Positions 1 through 8,795 of a stretch of 64,000 nt of DNA are shown here, piece after piece; position 1 is the first letter of the stretch, and each line of letters starts with the position of its first letter. Where the stretch lies: positions 11,189 to 75,188 of the forward strand of contig UREA01000003.1 in the NCBI GenBank assembly GCA_900546715.1, written 5' to 3'. Under the pieces are notes generated by a model. That model ran no database searches. It saw only the letters and a list, made by a program, of their open reading frames with translations, and was not told where the DNA came from. This DNA comes from an uncultured Mycoplasmatota bacterium. Lineage in GTDB: Bacteria; Bacillota_I; Bacilli_A; RF39; UBA660. The position numbers were made by a program, and so were the translations under genes.

Positions 1-318
1 ATATGTTCTTTGGAGTAGGCCTGCCCCAAGCAAAGTTCCTCCGAAATACCTTACCACCACAATTAATTTATTATTTAAGTTCTTTGCCTCAAGTAAATTA
101 TATAAAGGCAGTCCTGCTGTTCCTTTAGGTTCTTTATCATCACTCTTACCCGCGGTATTATGAAACTTATAGGCATAAACAATATGTTTTGCCTTTTTGT
201 GTTCTTTCTTTAAGTCACTTAATAGAGTTTTTATTTCATCTAACTCATCAATTTCATAATAATAAGAAATAAATCTTGATTTTTTAACTATAATTTCTGA
301 ACTTTTTAATAATTTCAT
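1..318 (-). CDS. IMPACT/YigZ (UPF0029) family protein, N-terminal 106 aa; gene runs off the left edge
   Basis: Own minus-strand translation from the ATG at 316-318: MKLLKSSEIIVKKSRFISYYYEI...LIVVVRYFGGTLLGAGGL. This is the YigZ N-domain signature. It is absent from the ORF track because it is edge-truncated. Confidence 0.6.
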   Translation of the reverse strand, partial: MKLLKSSEIIVKKSRFISYYYEIDELDEIKTLLSDLKKEHKKAKHIVYAYKFHNTAGKSDDKEPKGTAGLPLYNLLEAKNLNNKLIVVVRYFGGTLLGAGLLQRTY

Positions 319-384
319 AACCATCACCAATATTATATCGTAAAACTCTCCAAATTTGTAGTATAATATTGTTAGGTGTTAATT

Positions 385-2175
385 ATGTTTAAAGAGAAAT
401 TAAAAACTATTCCTCATTTACCGGGATCTTATCAAATGCGTAATATTAACGGTAATGTTATTTATGTTGGCAAAGCTAAAGATTTATATAAACGCGTCAA
501 TAGTTATTTTAAAGGTACTGCCACAGGAAAAACAGCTATCATGGTTAGTGAAGTTGCGGATTTTACTTATATTACTACTTCTTCTGAACAAGAAGCATTT
601 ATTCTAGAACTTAATTTAATAAAAGAATATAATCCCAAATATAATATCTTACTAAAAGATGATAAAAGTTATCCTTATATTGAATATATTTCAAAACCTT
701 ATCCAAGACTTAAAGTATCTAGATACTTAAATATTCGTAAGAAAGATAAAAAGTTATTATTTGGACCATACCCTAATGCCTATGCGGCCCGTAAAATTGT
801 TGAACTTATCAATAGAATGTATCCCCTAAAAAAATGTGAAGGAATGCCTAAACATGTCTGCCTTTATTATCATATCGGTGAATGTCTTGGCTATTGTGAA
901 AAACATGTCGATTCAGAAAAACTTAAAAATATGGAGCGTGAAATATTAGACTTTTTAAAAGGTAATGATAAAATATTAATTGATAAAATAAATACAAAAA
1001 TTAAAGCTTATAGTGATACCCTAAATTTTGAAATGGCGAGAGACCTCAAAAAAGAATTAGAATATATTAGTGTTATTTTAGATAAACAAAAAGTTGAACT
1101 TCATGATTATATCAACCGTGATTGTATTGCTGCATATCTTGATGATGGCTTGGTATCTGTCCAAATACTTTTTCTTCGGAGCGGTAAAATTATCGGTGGC
1201 CACAATGATAAATTTTATTTAATTAGTGACTTTGCTGATGAAGTAAATACTTATATTTTAAATTTTTATTCTAAACATGAAATACCTAAAGAAATATTAG
1301 TTGAAAATATTATGAACAGTGAAATTTTAAGTGAATTACTTCATACTAAGGTCTATAATCCCCTAAAAGGAAAGAAGAAAAACTTACTTGATATGGCTAA
1401 GACTAATGCTAAAATTAGTTTGGAACAAGAATTAAAGATTATTGAGAGGGATGAGGCCAGAACAGTTGATGCAAATGCTAAATTAAAAGAATTACTCCAT
1501 TTAGATGTTTTAGATCGGATTGATGCTTTTGATAATTCTAATCTTTTTGGTTCCTACGCAGTATCAGGAATGGTAGTCTTCATTAATGGAAAACCCGCTA
1601 AAAATGAATATCGTAAATATAAAGTAAGTGTTGATAAAAATGATGATTATAATACTATGAAAGAAGTAATTTATAGAAGATATTATCGTGCTTTAGTAGA
1701 TAATCTTGTGATGCCTGATTTAATATTAGTTGATGGGGGAGAAAACCAAATTAGAGCAGCTAAAGAAATACTTGATGCTTTAAAATTAAACATTAAAGTT
1801 TGTGGTCTAAAAAAAGATAATCATCATAAAACTAGCGAGCTTGTTGATGGCGATACTCTAGAAGTAATCGATTTATCTCGTTATACTGATGTATTTCATT
1901 ATTTAACCCGTATTCAAGATGAAGTTCATAGATTTACAATTACCTATCATAAAACCTTACGTGATAAAGGAACAATAGCATCACTTCTTGATAATATTGA
2001 TGGAATAGGGAAGGTTAGAAAAAAAGAACTTATTAAAAAATATGGAAGTATTAAAAAAATGAGTGAAGCAAGTATCGAAGAATTATCAGAAATTATACCA
2101 GAAAATGTTGCAATTAATTTACATAAATACTTAAAAGAAAGGAGTGAAAATAAAAATAATGCATCGTCTTTATAA
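385..2175 (+). CDS. uvrC: excinuclease ABC subunit C
   Basis: GIY-YIG N-terminus (GSYQMRN..VIYVGKAKDLYKRVNSYF) and C-terminal HhH (IDGIGKVRKKELIKKYGS). ATG at 385 preferred over the GTG at 376. Confidence 0.95.
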   Translation: MFKEKLKTIPHLPGSYQMRNINGNVIYVGKAKDLYKRVNSYFKGTATGKTAIMVSEVADFTYITTSSEQEAFILELNLIKEYNPKYNILLKDDKSYPYIEYISKPYPRLKVSRYLNIRKKDKKLLFGPYPNAYAARKIVELINRMYPLKKCEGMPKHVCLYYHIGECLGYCEKHVDSEKLKNMEREILDFLKGNDKILIDKINTKIKAYSDTLNFEMARDLKKELEYISVILDKQKVELHDYINRDCIAAYLDDGLVSVQILFLRSGKIIGGHNDKFYLISDFADEVNTYILNFYSKHEIPKEILVENIMNSEILSELLHTKVYNPLKGKKKNLLDMAKTNAKISLEQELKIIERDEARTVDANAKLKELLHLDVLDRIDAFDNSNLFGSYAVSGMVVFINGKPAKNEYRKYKVSVDKNDDYNTMKEVIYRRYYRALVDNLVMPDLILVDGGENQIRAAKEILDALKLNIKVCGLKKDNHHKTSELVDGDTLEVIDLSRYTDVFHYLTRIQDEVHRFTITYHKTLRDKGTIASLLDNIDGIGKVRKKELIKKYGSIKKMSEASIEELSEIIPENVAINLHKYLKERSENKNNASSL

Positions 2176-3256
2176 ATTAGATGTTGATACCATAAGTGAG
2201 AATAATATTAAAACTGTTACCTTTTTAGATCCGGATTACATCTATATACCATATGAATTAGATACAAATTTAACTAAAATCCATAAAAATGAATTAATTA
2301 ATAGTTATAAATCAAGTATCAGTGGCTCTCTTGTTGGTCTTAAAATGGGAGTATTTAATAATATTTATAATAATGCTTTTATAATTGCTAATGATTTTAA
2401 AGAATTAGATGAAAAAAAGAGCAAAAAAATGAAAATAACATTTGATAATATTAAAAAAGTATTACTAGAAAATAACGAAACAAAGTTACTAAATAAATTT
2501 AATATAGATACAATTGATAATATCGTAGTAAGTGCTATTGACGATGAAATATATGTTTATAATAACATGTATTTGTTAAAAGAAAATGCTAATATTTATC
2601 TTGATTTAATTGATGAACTAAGAATGATTACTAAATGTAACAATAATTATTTGGTAATCAAAAACAATGAATCATTTATAATTGAGGAATGCCTAAATGT
2701 AATTGGAACTTACCCAAGTATTACTTTAACTTTAGTTGAAGATTTATACTTAATAGGTAAAAAACAATTTTTACTTGATAAATTAAATATTATTGGTAAT
2801 ACTTTATTTTTAAACATTACTGATATTGATAAAATATGTAAATATTTAAGATTAATTGATAATACCACTTCTCTTATAACAGTAACTGATAATTCTACAT
2901 GTAAAATAATTAGATGTAAAAAATATACTTTGCTAAGTGATATACTAGAGCATGCTTATCCTAAACTAAAGGAATATCATATAATCATTAATGGCTTAAT
3001 GACGGGTTTTGAAATAGATAATCCAGCATATTTTATTTTAACTGATGATATTACATCTATTCATTTACTAAAAAAATTACCTAAATATAATACTGAATGT
3101 TTAAATTGTGGCAAATGTACCCAAGTTTGCCCAGTTGGTGTTAATCCCATTAAAGGCATAAACTTGAGTAATTGCCTAGATTGTGGCTTATGTACCTTTT
3201 TCTGCCCAGCATCAATTAATTTAAGAGAAAAGATTAAAGGTGATAGTAATGAATAA
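2144..3256 (+). CDS. RnfC-like protein with C-terminal 2x[4Fe-4S] ferredoxin motifs
   Basis: Two CxxCxxCxxxCP motifs (CLNCGKCTQVCP, CLDCGLCTFFCP) at the C-terminus. The start codon is uncertain. The gene overlaps the uvrC end and is coupled to the next gene. Confidence 0.5.
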   Translation: MKIKIMHRLYKLDVDTISENNIKTVTFLDPDYIYIPYELDTNLTKIHKNELINSYKSSISGSLVGLKMGVFNNIYNNAFIIANDFKELDEKKSKKMKITFDNIKKVLLENNETKLLNKFNIDTIDNIVVSAIDDEIYVYNNMYLLKENANIYLDLIDELRMITKCNNNYLVIKNNESFIIEECLNVIGTYPSITLTLVEDLYLIGKKQFLLDKLNIIGNTLFLNITDIDKICKYLRLIDNTTSLITVTDNSTCKIIRCKKYTLLSDILEHAYPKLKEYHIIINGLMTGFEIDNPAYFILTDDITSIHLLKKLPKYNTECLNCGKCTQVCPVGVNPIKGINLSNCLDCGLCTFFCPASINLREKIKGDSNE

Positions 3257-4115
3257 AGTATATATTCATAGTAAAAATACCATTGATAAATATGTTTTAA
3301 AGTATATTTATGGTTTAATTCCATTAGTCTTATATGGAATATATAAAAATGGTATAATTTTATATAATGCTAATTTAATTAATTTTCTTAGTATATTTAA
3401 AGTATTATATTTAATAGTTATTAGTTTAATAATATATATTATATTTAGTATAATTACTAAAAGAAAATTAAAACTTAATTTAGAATTACTAACTATTTTA
3501 ATTATTCCTTTATTTATGCCATATTCCATTAATTTAATTATTTATAGTATATCTTTATTTGTTTTATTATTTATCAATCATTACTTATCTAAAATACTTA
3601 AATATAACAATATATCTTTTATTATATTAGGTATTATATTAGTATTAGTAATATTTAATAGTTATAATTATTTAAATCCAATAGAACAAACAAATAACTA
3701 TTCTTATTCATTTTTAGATTTATTATTTGGTAGAAATCCTGGAGGAATAGCAACTTCATCAATAATTATTGGTATAATTTTAATTATATACTATAGTATA
3801 TTTACAATTTATAAGCAAAATATAGCTATAAGTAGTATTATTGTCTTTTTATTATTGACAGCTATTTTAAATAATTTTAATATTAACTCTTTACTTAATT
3901 CTAATGCTATTTTGAGTTTTATTTTAATAGCACCAGAATTAAAAAATACTCCAGTATCTCTAAAAGAAACTATCATTTATGGTATTGTTGTTGGTATAAT
4001 TTCTGCTTTACTTTGTCAGTTTGTATCAATATACACAGGAGCTTTCATAGCAATATTTATAATAAGTTTGAGCTATAGCATTTTACACAAATTTGACAAG
4101 AACAAACATTTATGA
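3249..4115 (+). CDS. RnfD/NqrB-like polytopic membrane protein
   Basis: Multi-TM protein with a GRNPGGIATSSIIIGIIL segment resembling the RnfD G..G..GE(T/S)S motif. AAGGTG RBS before the ATG at 3249. Confidence 0.4.
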   Translation: MNKVYIHSKNTIDKYVLKYIYGLIPLVLYGIYKNGIILYNANLINFLSIFKVLYLIVISLIIYIIFSIITKRKLKLNLELLTILIIPLFMPYSINLIIYSISLFVLLFINHYLSKILKYNNISFIILGIILVLVIFNSYNYLNPIEQTNNYSYSFLDLLFGRNPGGIATSSIIIGIILIIYYSIFTIYKQNIAISSIIVFLLLTAILNNFNINSLLNSNAILSFILIAPELKNTPVSLKETIIYGIVVGIISALLCQFVSIYTGAFIAIFIISLSYSILHKFDKNKHL

Positions 4116-4248
4116 TATAATTAACCCATGTCAAAGGGGGTTTTTAAATTGACTATATTGATACTTTTTTTAATAAAAAAATACGGAAAAAAGGCTAAAA
4201 TACAGTAATAGTATTGCAAAAGCTAGTAATTTATAGTAAAATAAAATT

Positions 4249-4340
4249 ACATTGAGTTAATCAATGCTAAAAAGCGGTGATCCACAGCCATAAATGAGGA
4301 ATGAAAAAAGTTGACCAAAATATTAATTTTGGTCTATTTT
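4249..4340 (+). ncRNA. candidate small RNA (orphan promoter-to-terminator unit)
   Basis: TTGCAA (4214-4219), 17-nt spacer, TAAAAT (4237-4242). Terminator hairpin GACCAAAA/TTTTGGTC (4313-4334) followed by a T-run. Only a 9-codon ORF lies inside. Confidence 0.3.
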
Positions 4341-4437
4341 ATTATAGAGTATATTTTTTGTAAACTTATGCAAAAACACTTGCAAAATTGTGTGAAAAGT
4401 GGTAAAATAATCACGATTTTTAAATAAGGGGACAAAC

Positions 4438-6174
4438 ATGGCTTATATAAGTGAAGAAGAATTAAATAATATAAGAAGCAATGCTGATATTGTGGATGTA
4501 ATAAGTGATTACCTAGATTTAAAACAAAGGGGACGAAACTATGTTGCGGTTTGTCCTTTTCATGATGACCATTCTCCAAGTTTAGTAGTCTCTCGTGAAC
4601 GCCAAATGTTTACTTGTTTTACTTGTAAAACCAGTGGTAATGTATTTTCATTTGTTATGAAATATGAAAATGTCTCTTTCCCCGAAGCGGTTCAAACTGT
4701 TGCTAAAAAAATTGGCTATACTTTAAAAGGAGACTTTAATAATTTTAAAGAAAGTAAATATAAAAAAGAATTTGAAATAATGGATTTTACAACAAAATAT
4801 TACTCAAATAATATAAATACATCATCAGGTATAAATGCTTTAAAATACCTAGAAGATCGGGGAATAACTAAAGATATAATTAAAGAATTTAATATTGGGC
4901 TTGCTCTTGATAAAAAAGATGACTTATATAATATTTTAATTAAGAAAAATTATTCTTTAGAAGATTTATCAGATTTGGGTTTAGTTAATAAAATTAATTT
5001 AAATGTTTATGATACCTTTATAAATAGAATAATGATACCTATTGAAAACTTACAAGGTAATGTAGTAGGTTTTACTGGGCGTATTTATAATGGTGAAGAA
5101 GACACTGCCAAATACTTAAATACCAAAGAAACTAAAATATTTAAAAAGGGAAGTATCCTATTTAATTATCACAATGCTCGTAATGCTATTAGAGAGACCA
5201 AAGTTGTTGTTGTAGTTGAAGGTAATATGGATGCAATAACATTAAGCTCTAAAGGCATTAAAAATGTTGTAGCTCTAATGGGTGTTGCAATGTCACAAGT
5301 GCAAATAGATACATTAAAAAAATTAAATGTGCCCATAATATTAATGCTTGATAATGATTCTGCGGGCCTTGATGCAACTCTTAAAAATGGTGAACTTTTA
5401 AGAAAAGCAGGAATAGATACTAGAGTTGTTAGGTTGAGTGGTGCAAAAGATCCTGATGAATACATTAGAGCTAAAGGAGTAGATGCTCTAAAAGATAACA
5501 TTAAGCATGCGATAAGTTTCCTAGATTTTTTACTTGAACATTTAAAGCAAGATTTGGATTTAAATAATATAACAGACTTAAAAAAGTATATAAATAATGT
5601 AATTTCTCATATAAATTACGAAGATGACTTGACAAAACAGCTAATTATATCTAAAATAAGCAAGGATTATCTTATTGATGAACAAATTCTCATCGGAGAA
5701 TTAAATATAAATCCGAAGAAGGAAGTTGTTAAAAAAGAAGAAAAGAGAGAAGTAATACCTAAAGTAAGCAAATATCACAAAGCCGTAAGTAAAATACTTT
5801 ACATGATGATGCTTGATAATAAATATATTACAATATATAAAAATAAACTTGGGTATTTTAAAGAAAAAATTGAAAGGGTTGTTGCTAGTGAGATAGTATA
5901 TTATAATAGTGAACATGAAAATATTAATATTGCAGACTTTATTACTTATATAACAAATAATGAAGAAATAAGTAATTATGTAAGTAAAATAATAAGTGAA
6001 AATAAGAACACTACAGATAGTGTTTCAGAGTTTAATGATTGTGTTGATGCAGTACTTAAGATACTAAAAGAAGATGAAATAAAAGAATTAAAGAGTAAAA
6101 TAGTAAAAGAATTAGATATGGATAAAAAAGTTGAGTTAATGAATAAACTCATGGAATTAAAGAAGGAAGTGTGA
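4438..6174 (+). CDS. dnaG: DNA primase
   Basis: Zinc-ribbon [19 protein letters not shown] and a TOPRIM segment ([17 protein letters not shown]). Confidence 0.95.
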   Translation: MAYISEEELNNIRSNADIVDVISDYLDLKQRGRNYVAVCPFHDDHSPSLVVSRERQMFTCFTCKTSGNVFSFVMKYENVSFPEAVQTVAKKIGYTLKGDFNNFKESKYKKEFEIMDFTTKYYSNNINTSSGINALKYLEDRGITKDIIKEFNIGLALDKKDDLYNILIKKNYSLEDLSDLGLVNKINLNVYDTFINRIMIPIENLQGNVVGFTGRIYNGEEDTAKYLNTKETKIFKKGSILFNYHNARNAIRETKVVVVVEGNMDAITLSSKGIKNVVALMGVAMSQVQIDTLKKLNVPIILMLDNDSAGLDATLKNGELLRKAGIDTRVVRLSGAKDPDEYIRAKGVDALKDNIKHAISFLDFLLEHLKQDLDLNNITDLKKYINNVISHINYEDDLTKQLIISKISKDYLIDEQILIGELNINPKKEVVKKEEKREVIPKVSKYHKAVSKILYMMMLDNKYITIYKNKLGYFKEKIERVVASEIVYYNSEHENINIADFITYITNNEEISNYVSKIISENKNTTDSVSEFNDCVDAVLKILKEDEIKELKSKIVKELDMDKKVELMNKLMELKKEV

Positions 6175-6176
6175 AT

Positions 6177-7283
6177 ATGAACGAAATAAAAACTTTAGAA
6201 GAAAGAGAACAAAGTTTAATTGAAAAAGGTAAAAAGAAAGGTTTTATAACTTATGAAGAATTAGCTTTAGAATTAAAAGGCCTAGATATTGATAGTGATG
6301 CCCTAGATAATTTATATAATAAGTTAGTTGAAGCAAATATTTCTGTTGTAACTGAAGAAGATGTAGATTCATCAACTGGAGAAGTAAAAGTAAAACCTAA
6401 AGAAGAAGCGGAAGAAATTATTTTAGATGATGAAGATATCACAAAAGACATGAATATCAATGACCCCGTTAGAATGTATTTAAAAGAAATAGGTCGTATT
6501 TCTCTTTTATCAAGTGACGAAGAAATGGAAATATCTCAAAGAGTTGCTGCTGGGGATGAAGATGCTAAAAGAATTTTAGCCGAATCTAACCTTCGTTTAG
6601 TTGTATCAATTGCAAAACGTTATGTAGGTCGTGGTTTACTTTTTCTTGATTTAATTCAAGAAGGAAATATTGGTTTAATGAAAGCTGTTGAAAAATTCGA
6701 CTATGACAAAGGTTATAAATTCTCAACTTATGCAACATGGTGGATTAGACAAGCAATAACTAGAGCTCTAGCAGATCAAGCAAGAACTATTCGTGTTCCT
6801 GTTCACATGGTTGAAACAATTAATAAAATGTCTCGAGTTCAAAGACAACTTACTCTAGAACTTAACAGAGAACCTAGTGCTGAAGAAATAGCTGAAAAAA
6901 TGAAAGTTCCTGTAGATAAGGTAAGAGAAGTCATGAAAATAAGCCAAGAACCGGTTTCTCTAGAAACACCAATCGGGGAAGAAGAAGATTCCCATCTTGG
7001 AGATTTTCTAAAAGATGAATCAAGTCTTTCTCCAGAAGAATATACCGAAAATGAAATATTAAAAGAAGAAATAAAAGAAGTATTAATGTCTCTTCAAGCA
7101 AGAGAACAAGAAGTACTAGAGTTAAGATTTGGTTTAATCGATGGAACTTGTCATACTCTTGAAGAAGTAGGTAAGAAATTTAATGTAACAAGAGAAAGAA
7201 TTCGTCAAATTGAAGCTAAAGCTCTAAGAAAATTAAGACATCCTTCTCGTGCTAAAAAATTAAAGGATTTCCTAGAAGAATGA
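6177..7283 (+). CDS. sigA: RNA polymerase primary sigma factor
   Basis: Regions 2-4 are recognisable: [60 protein letters not shown] before the ATG at 6177. Ends at TGA. Confidence 0.95.
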   Translation: MNEIKTLEEREQSLIEKGKKKGFITYEELALELKGLDIDSDALDNLYNKLVEANISVVTEEDVDSSTGEVKVKPKEEAEEIILDDEDITKDMNINDPVRMYLKEIGRISLLSSDEEMEISQRVAAGDEDAKRILAESNLRLVVSIAKRYVGRGLLFLDLIQEGNIGLMKAVEKFDYDKGYKFSTYATWWIRQAITRALADQARTIRVPVHMVETINKMSRVQRQLTLELNREPSAEEIAEKMKVPVDKVREVMKISQEPVSLETPIGEEEDSHLGDFLKDESSLSPEEYTENEILKEEIKEVLMSLQAREQEVLELRFGLIDGTCHTLEEVGKKFNVTRERIRQIEAKALRKLRHPSRAKKLKDFLEE

Positions 7284-7882
7284 AACTTCCTGATAGATTA
7301 CAAACTATTGTAGATTTAGTACCAAAAAACAGTAAAGTAATAGATATTGGAACGGATCATGCATACGTTCCAATCTATTTATATTTAAATAATATAACAA
7401 AAAATATTACAGCAACAGATATATCAAGTAATGTTTTAAAAAGTACATACAATAATTTAAAAAAATATAATTTAGAAGATAAAATAAAATTAATTCAAAG
7501 TAATGGCTTCAAAAACATTACAGAAACCTATGATTTAGCCATTATTGCAGGAATGGGTACTCATACTATAATAGATATATTAAAGACTAAAAACTTACCT
7601 AAAACCCTTATTATATCAAGTAATAATGATCATCATATATTAAGAGAACATCTAAATAACATAAATTATAAATTAGATAAAGAAATAGCAATACTTGACA
7701 ATAATAAATACTATTTAATAATGTATTATGTTTATGGTAAAGAAAATTTATCAAAAGAAGAAATATTATTTGGTAAATCAAATAATAATGATTATTATAA
7801 TTATTTATCTAATTTATATTCTAAATACCCTAAATATAAAGAATATTTAGAATTATTGGAAAAATACCGGAGCAGATTGTGA
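7280..7882 (+). CDS. trmK: tRNA (adenine22-N1)-methyltransferase
   Basis: [10 protein letters not shown]...[15 protein letters not shown] motif. Conserved dnaG-sigA-trmK order as in Bacillus. ATGA overlap with the sigA stop. Confidence 0.75.
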   Translation: MKLPDRLQTIVDLVPKNSKVIDIGTDHAYVPIYLYLNNITKNITATDISSNVLKSTYNNLKKYNLEDKIKLIQSNGFKNITETYDLAIIAGMGTHTIIDILKTKNLPKTLIISSNNDHHILREHLNNINYKLDKEIAILDNNKYYLIMYYVYGKENLSKEEILFGKSNNNDYYNYLSNLYSKYPKYKEYLELLEKYRSRL

Positions 7883-8137
7883 TTCATATGTCACAGTCTT
7901 TTTTTCTTCTGGAGTAACTTCAATAGTAGTCTTATTATTACTTGTACTATTACTTGTATTATTACTATTATTATTTACTTTTAATTCTTGTAATACACTC
8001 ATTACTTTTCTAGCACTACCTATCATTGGTTTTATTTCCCTATAAAGGGGAATAGCTTGATTAATTATACCAAGGCCTTTTGATATACCTCCAAGAACAC
8101 TAGATAGAGTAATACCACTTCTTACAGCTCCAAACAT
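7853..8137 (-). CDS. small hypothetical protein, possibly YqfQ/VrrA-like
   Basis: 94-aa ORF with an N-terminal GGISKGLGIINQAIPLYREIKP segment and an Asn/Ser-rich linker. Its position after trmK matches the Bacillus yqf region. Confidence 0.35.
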   Translation of the reverse strand: MFGAVRSGITLSSVLGGISKGLGIINQAIPLYREIKPMIGSARKVMSVLQELKVNNNSNNTSNSTSNNKTTIEVTPEEKKTVTYESQSAPVFFQ

Positions 8138-8180
8138 AGATTATCACCTATAAAATTATATGCATAAAAAAAGAAATATG

Positions 8181-8414
8181 TTATAAAATTCCTCCATATT
8201 TTCTTTCTATTCCTCTATATTGTTCTTGTGTAATTTTACCAGATATTAATAAGTTTTTAGCCCAAGATTCTATTCCGTCATAACAAGAATAGTACCAAAT
8301 AAAATCATTTTCCTTATCATATTTTTCCAAATCTTTAATTTCTTCCTTCATACCCTTAGGCAATGATTCTTCATCAAACACAATAGAATCATCAATAAAA
8401 TTTCGTTCACTCAT
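8181..8414 (-). CDS. small acidic hypothetical protein
   Basis: 77-aa ORF (MSERNFIDD...) directly downstream of the XRE gene on the same strand. Confidence 0.45.
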   Translation of the reverse strand: MSERNFIDDSIVFDEESLPKGMKEEIKDLEKYDKENDFIWYYSCYDGIESWAKNLLISGKITQEQYRGIERKYGGIL

Positions 8415-8467
8415 TGTAATCACTCCTTGCTAAAATTATAGCAAAAAAGTATTAAAAAAGAAATAAC

Positions 8468-8662
8468 TTATGCTATTTCTTTAATTATTTTAACAACATC
8501 TTCGCAACTTATCTCAAGTATTTCAATAAGTAGTTTTAATGTCTTTAAACTAGGTCTACTTTCACCACTTTCAATTCTTTGTACTTGTCTAGGTGTAATA
8601 TTTAAAAGTTCTGCTAGTTCTTCTTGAGTAATATTCTTTTTTATCCTATATTCTTTTAGCAT
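8468..8662 (-). CDS. XRE-family helix-turn-helix regulator
   Basis: ITQEELAELLNITPRQVQRIESGESRPSLKTL is a canonical Cro/C1-type HTH. Divergent from the surface-protein gene. Confidence 0.85.
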   Translation of the reverse strand: MLKEYRIKKNITQEELAELLNITPRQVQRIESGESRPSLKTLKLLIEILEISCEDVVKIIKEIA

Positions 8663-8683
8663 TCTAAATCACCTAGACATATA

Positions 8684-8786
8684 ATGTCATATATTAACTT
8701 AAACTTCCACGACATTTTGTGTCAATTTTTTATTGACATCAAATGTCATATGAAATATAATTAGAATATAGACGCGGAATGTCGTG
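8684..8786. promoter_or_regulatory. divergent promoter/operator region between the XRE gene and surface-protein paralog 1
   Basis: Perfect TTGACA (8733-8738), 17-nt spacer, TATAAT (8756-8761) facing the + gene. ATGTCATAT occurs at 8684-8692 and 8743-8751. A perfect 9-bp inverted repeat CACGACATT (8708-8716) / AATGTCGTG (8778-8786) is also present. Confidence 0.55.
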
Positions 8787-8795
8787 AGGTGTGAT

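Noticed and set aside
3061-3529. Minus-strand ORFs 3061..3324 and 3308..3529, plus similar track entries: 4334..4579, 5169..5501, 5701..5916, 6251..6460, 8699..8941, 9655..9843, 9976..10296, 15060..15275, 17980..18168, 25263..25490, 32080..32298, 34646..34831, 35566..36255, 39212..39478, 44631..44975, 47864..48193, 50409..50591, 50953..51198, 56492..56698, 57191..57415, 60426..60620 and 61770..62036
   Set aside because: All lie antisense to or inside much longer ORFs with recognisable domains. They have low-complexity or hydrophobic shadow-frame compositions and lack ribosome-binding sites.
4270-4285. TGATCCACA as a DnaA box or origin signal upstream of dnaG
   Set aside because: It is a single imperfect box with no cluster and no AT-rich unwinding element arrangement. 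dnaA and dnaN are not in the window.
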